Source: Clostridiales bacterium UBA4821 | GTDB lineage: Bacteria > Bacillota > Clostridia > Acetivibrionales > UBA4821 | Direction: 5' to 3' | NCBI GenBank assembly: GCA_002402315.1 | Contig: DHFP01000147.1 | Span: 1 to 51,952, forward strand | DNA: 51,952 nucleotides | In this document: one piece after another, positions 49,372 through 51,952 of the stretch | How positions within the stretch are numbered: the first letter of the stretch is position 1 | Layout: the number at the start of each line of letters is the position of its first letter | The notes under the pieces: generated by a model | Database searches by the model: none | What the model was told of the DNA's origin: nothing | What the model saw: only the letters and a program-made list of their open reading frames with translations | Translations under genes and position numbers: made by a program

Positions 49372-50681
49372 TACAGCCCCTCCTTATATTTAAGTACTAC
49401 CTTATTTACCGTTTTTTCATCAATCTCATTGAAACAAACAGGGCACCTGGATATCTTCTTCAAATGCTCTTCATATTCTTTCACTGTCTTGCCAATCTCA
49501 TCTTTCACTTTTAATACATAATTATTTCCTTCTTTAATGCTTAAATCCACTGACTTAATTGTCTTACTAAGATTCTCCAGTTTTTCTTTTAATTCAATAA
49601 GCTCTAGTATTCTGACCAGGTTTTTTTCTGCTTCATGAAGCATTCTGTATTTGTTTAATTCTTTATTAGTTTTTGACAGTGTGTTGGTCAATTGCTTATA
49701 TCTTTCACTTTGACGTTTTAATCCGGTTATAGAGGAAATTTTCTCTTCCAGCACTTTCAGCTTTTCACTTGCCTTGGTGAAATGAGTTGTTCTTATGAGC
49801 ATATCTTCTTGGCTCCGTGCCTCGTAACTTGCAACACTGTAATTGGTCCTCAGGTTATTGAGTCTTTTAAACCGCTCTATTTTTTCTGAAAGCTTATAAA
49901 TGATCAACTCAGCCTTGTCCACTCTGTCTAGCTGTTCAAGCAGCTTCCTTGACTTCTCCTGTTCGGCGCTAACCTGTCCAAGCACAATTCTTAGCTTTTG
50001 CAGCTGCTCAAGTCTTTCAGCCTGACCCTCAAGCGTTTTTAGAAGCTTCTCCCTATCATCTATCTCATTTCTTAACTGTTCCAGATTCTCATATGATTTT
50101 AACTTTTCATCAAGTTCCTCAATCTCTTTGAGGCACCTGTTTTCAACCTGGGTTTCCCTCTTTATGTCATTTATACATTCTCTGATAGCCTTATCAATTA
50201 CATGAACTCCTGTAAGCCTGCCTATCGCCTTGGCCTTAACCGAACCTGTCTCTGACATCAGGAAGGGACTTTCCAACTGTTCTCCCAGGTTTAAACTTAC
50301 ATCACTGTCTACATCAATAACAACCTTGAAAATCCGGTGTGCCTTTTTAACCTCATCAGGAACTTCATTACCAAAGCCCTCGTATACATCGCTTTTACCT
50401 TCCGGATCTGTAACTGTATATCTGTTCTTCGAAGGTGACCTCTCCCGTGTTACTATATAAGCATTACTCATTTCAACCGTGACCCGCGCAAAGTTACTCC
50501 CATGCCTGATAAATTCATTTCCTCTGGGCTCATTGAATAATACCCACTTTATTGCCCTGATAATTGCAGACTTCCCTTGGTCTGAAGGTCCTACAATAAC
50601 ATTTAACCCTGGATCAAGTTCCAACTCCGAGTTCTCATGAGACTGAAAATTTTGAATGGTTATCTTGCTTATATAATTCAA
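49371..50681 (-). CDS. SbcC/Rad50-like protein, N-terminal half only
   Basis: NFQSH, Walker A GPSDQGKS, coiled coil, terminal CPVC; no signature or Walker B. Confidence 0.85.
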   Translation of the reverse strand: MNYISKITIQNFQSHENSELELDPGLNVIVGPSDQGKSAIIRAIKWVLFNEPRGNEFIRHGSNFARVTVEMSNAYIVTRERSPSKNRYTVTDPEGKSDVYEGFGNEVPDEVKKAHRIFKVVIDVDSDVSLNLGEQLESPFLMSETGSVKAKAIGRLTGVHVIDKAIRECINDIKRETQVENRCLKEIEELDEKLKSYENLEQLRNEIDDREKLLKTLEGQAERLEQLQKLRIVLGQVSAEQEKSRKLLEQLDRVDKAELIIYKLSEKIERFKRLNNLRTNYSVASYEARSQEDMLIRTTHFTKASEKLKVLEEKISSITGLKRQSERYKQLTNTLSKTNKELNKYRMLHEAEKNLVRILELIELKEKLENLSKTIKSVDLSIKEGNNYVLKVKDEIGKTVKEYEEHLKKISRCPVCFNEIDEKTVNKVVLKYKEGL

Positions 50682-51673
50682 TAGTCCACCTCATCCCCTG
50701 ACAAACTCTGTCTGGCCCGGTCAATCCGCTTTATCGTTTCCAGCTTTACTTCATCTTTTAACCCTTGAGCCGAAGCAATCTCATCAATGATCTTGTTTAT
50801 ATCAATCCTTATGTGCTTAAATTCTCCGGATGCCTCAGCGCTTTGAAAAAACTGGTTTAGCTTATATGTCCTGTTACGCGCCATTTCTATGTGTTCCCTA
50901 TTCAATACATCTTCACCAGGTAAAGCAGATTTAAGCTTAACTGTCCACATGTCAATCTTATCGCTCAAATCAATAATCACTACCTCAGGTTTTCGTGTAA
51001 ATTCACTTTTCAATGAACTTATTCGGGTAAGACTACCTGGATTTACAAAGTACTTATCTCCCAATTTCTTTATTCCAAATCCTGAATGATAGTGACCTAC
51101 CAGGGTAATATCAGCATCCGTAGCTAATATTTCATCAATTAATGTATATTTGATCCCTTCTATGAATGGTCTTGGAAGAAGCATACCATGAACCATGTTA
51201 ATGCAATACTCCACTTCAGTATCCTTTTTGACAATATAATAGTCTTGTGACTTATCGCCATCAATTTCATAATTATAGGAATTGCCATAAATCTGTACCT
51301 TTAATTCATCTTTCTCAAGTATAACAGGTTGTCCATACTTAAGAACATTAATAATTCCGGTCCCCTCCAGTAATCCCAGCATTGTTCTTGACAGCGTATC
51401 AGGATTATGTCCGTATATGTCGTGGTTACCGGAAATAGTATATATTGGCCTGTTAAACCTCTTGATAATCATAGCAAATTCTCTTACTATTGACGGTGAA
51501 ATGTCCGGTCTGTCGAACCAATCACCTCCGTGCAAGACATAGTCTATTTCATTTTGCCGGATTATCTCAATTAATTCGTTAAATTTATTTTTAAGGGTAG
51601 AATAAAAATCATCAGTCCTGCTTCTTGGATTTGTACCCCTTATGTGGCTGTCAGTGAAAAATAATAATCTCAT
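50678..51673 (-). CDS. SbcD/Mre11-like metallophosphoesterase
   Basis: TDSH, GGDWFD, GNHD, VHG, GHYH, NPGS motifs. Confidence 0.88.
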   Translation of the reverse strand: MRLLFFTDSHIRGTNPRSRTDDFYSTLKNKFNELIEIIRQNEIDYVLHGGDWFDRPDISPSIVREFAMIIKRFNRPIYTISGNHDIYGHNPDTLSRTMLGLLEGTGIINVLKYGQPVILEKDELKVQIYGNSYNYEIDGDKSQDYYIVKKDTEVEYCINMVHGMLLPRPFIEGIKYTLIDEILATDADITLVGHYHSGFGIKKLGDKYFVNPGSLTRISSLKSEFTRKPEVVIIDLSDKIDMWTVKLKSALPGEDVLNREHIEMARNRTYKLNQFFQSAEASGEFKHIRIDINKIIDEIASAQGLKDEVKLETIKRIDRARQSLSGDEVDY

Positions 51674-51812
51674 GCTTTACCTCGATACTACAAATAAAAA
51701 TTTATTCCCTTGTAAGTATATTATTAAATAACCGTTTAACTCAACATTTTTTGATATAAAATTAACTTAACCCAATACTTGCATCCAAAGCGGGAGGAAG
51801 TTAGGATAAATA

Positions 51813-51950
51813 ATGGCAAAGTATACGTTTACCGTCAAAGATAATATTAAGACCATGACCTTATTTGATTACCTTAAGCATCATGCCGGAATTTCAAGCA
51901 GGTTATTCAGTAAGATCAAGCAACGAATAAAGTCGGGGACGGTTCTTTAA
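51813..51950 (+). pseudogene. N-terminal fragment resembling an RluA-family pseudouridine synthase
   Basis: MAKYTFTV...TLFDYLKHHAGISSRLFSKIK resembles the S4-like RluA N-terminus; stops after 45 aa at the window edge. Confidence 0.5.
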
Positions 51951-51952
51951 TT

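Overview
A low-GC chromosomal window from a spore-forming Clostridia-class Firmicute (spoVS, SLH protein, SigH-type promoter), with most genes on the minus strand. The left end (1-7.6 kb) is a metal-uptake block: Zur + ZnuABC, DUF2325, Fur and feoA-feoB, with clear Zur and Fur boxes. It lies just downstream of the rlmD 3' end, a known integration hotspot. The middle (9-36 kb) is accessory. It holds a highly structured GGA-loop intergenic element, a cupin remnant, a 2880-aa SLH-anchored surface protein with two candidate autoproteolysis motifs, an unannotated 59-aa 4-Cys protein, a coiled-coil/CheY/CheX/CheX cluster, a transglutaminase-like protein, cax, IS debris, a histidine kinase plus a decayed paralog, a probable 6S RNA and several enzymes. 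The right end (36-52 kb) is largely core: smc, a PLD-like protein lacking its catalytic His, spoVS, an Elp3-like radical SAM protein, rnc, thiI, a cysteine desulfurase, pgsA, rimO, and an SbcD-like nuclease operon whose Rad50-like partner is only an N-terminal half ending in a zinc hook. All family calls come from motif recognition by eye; no searches were run.
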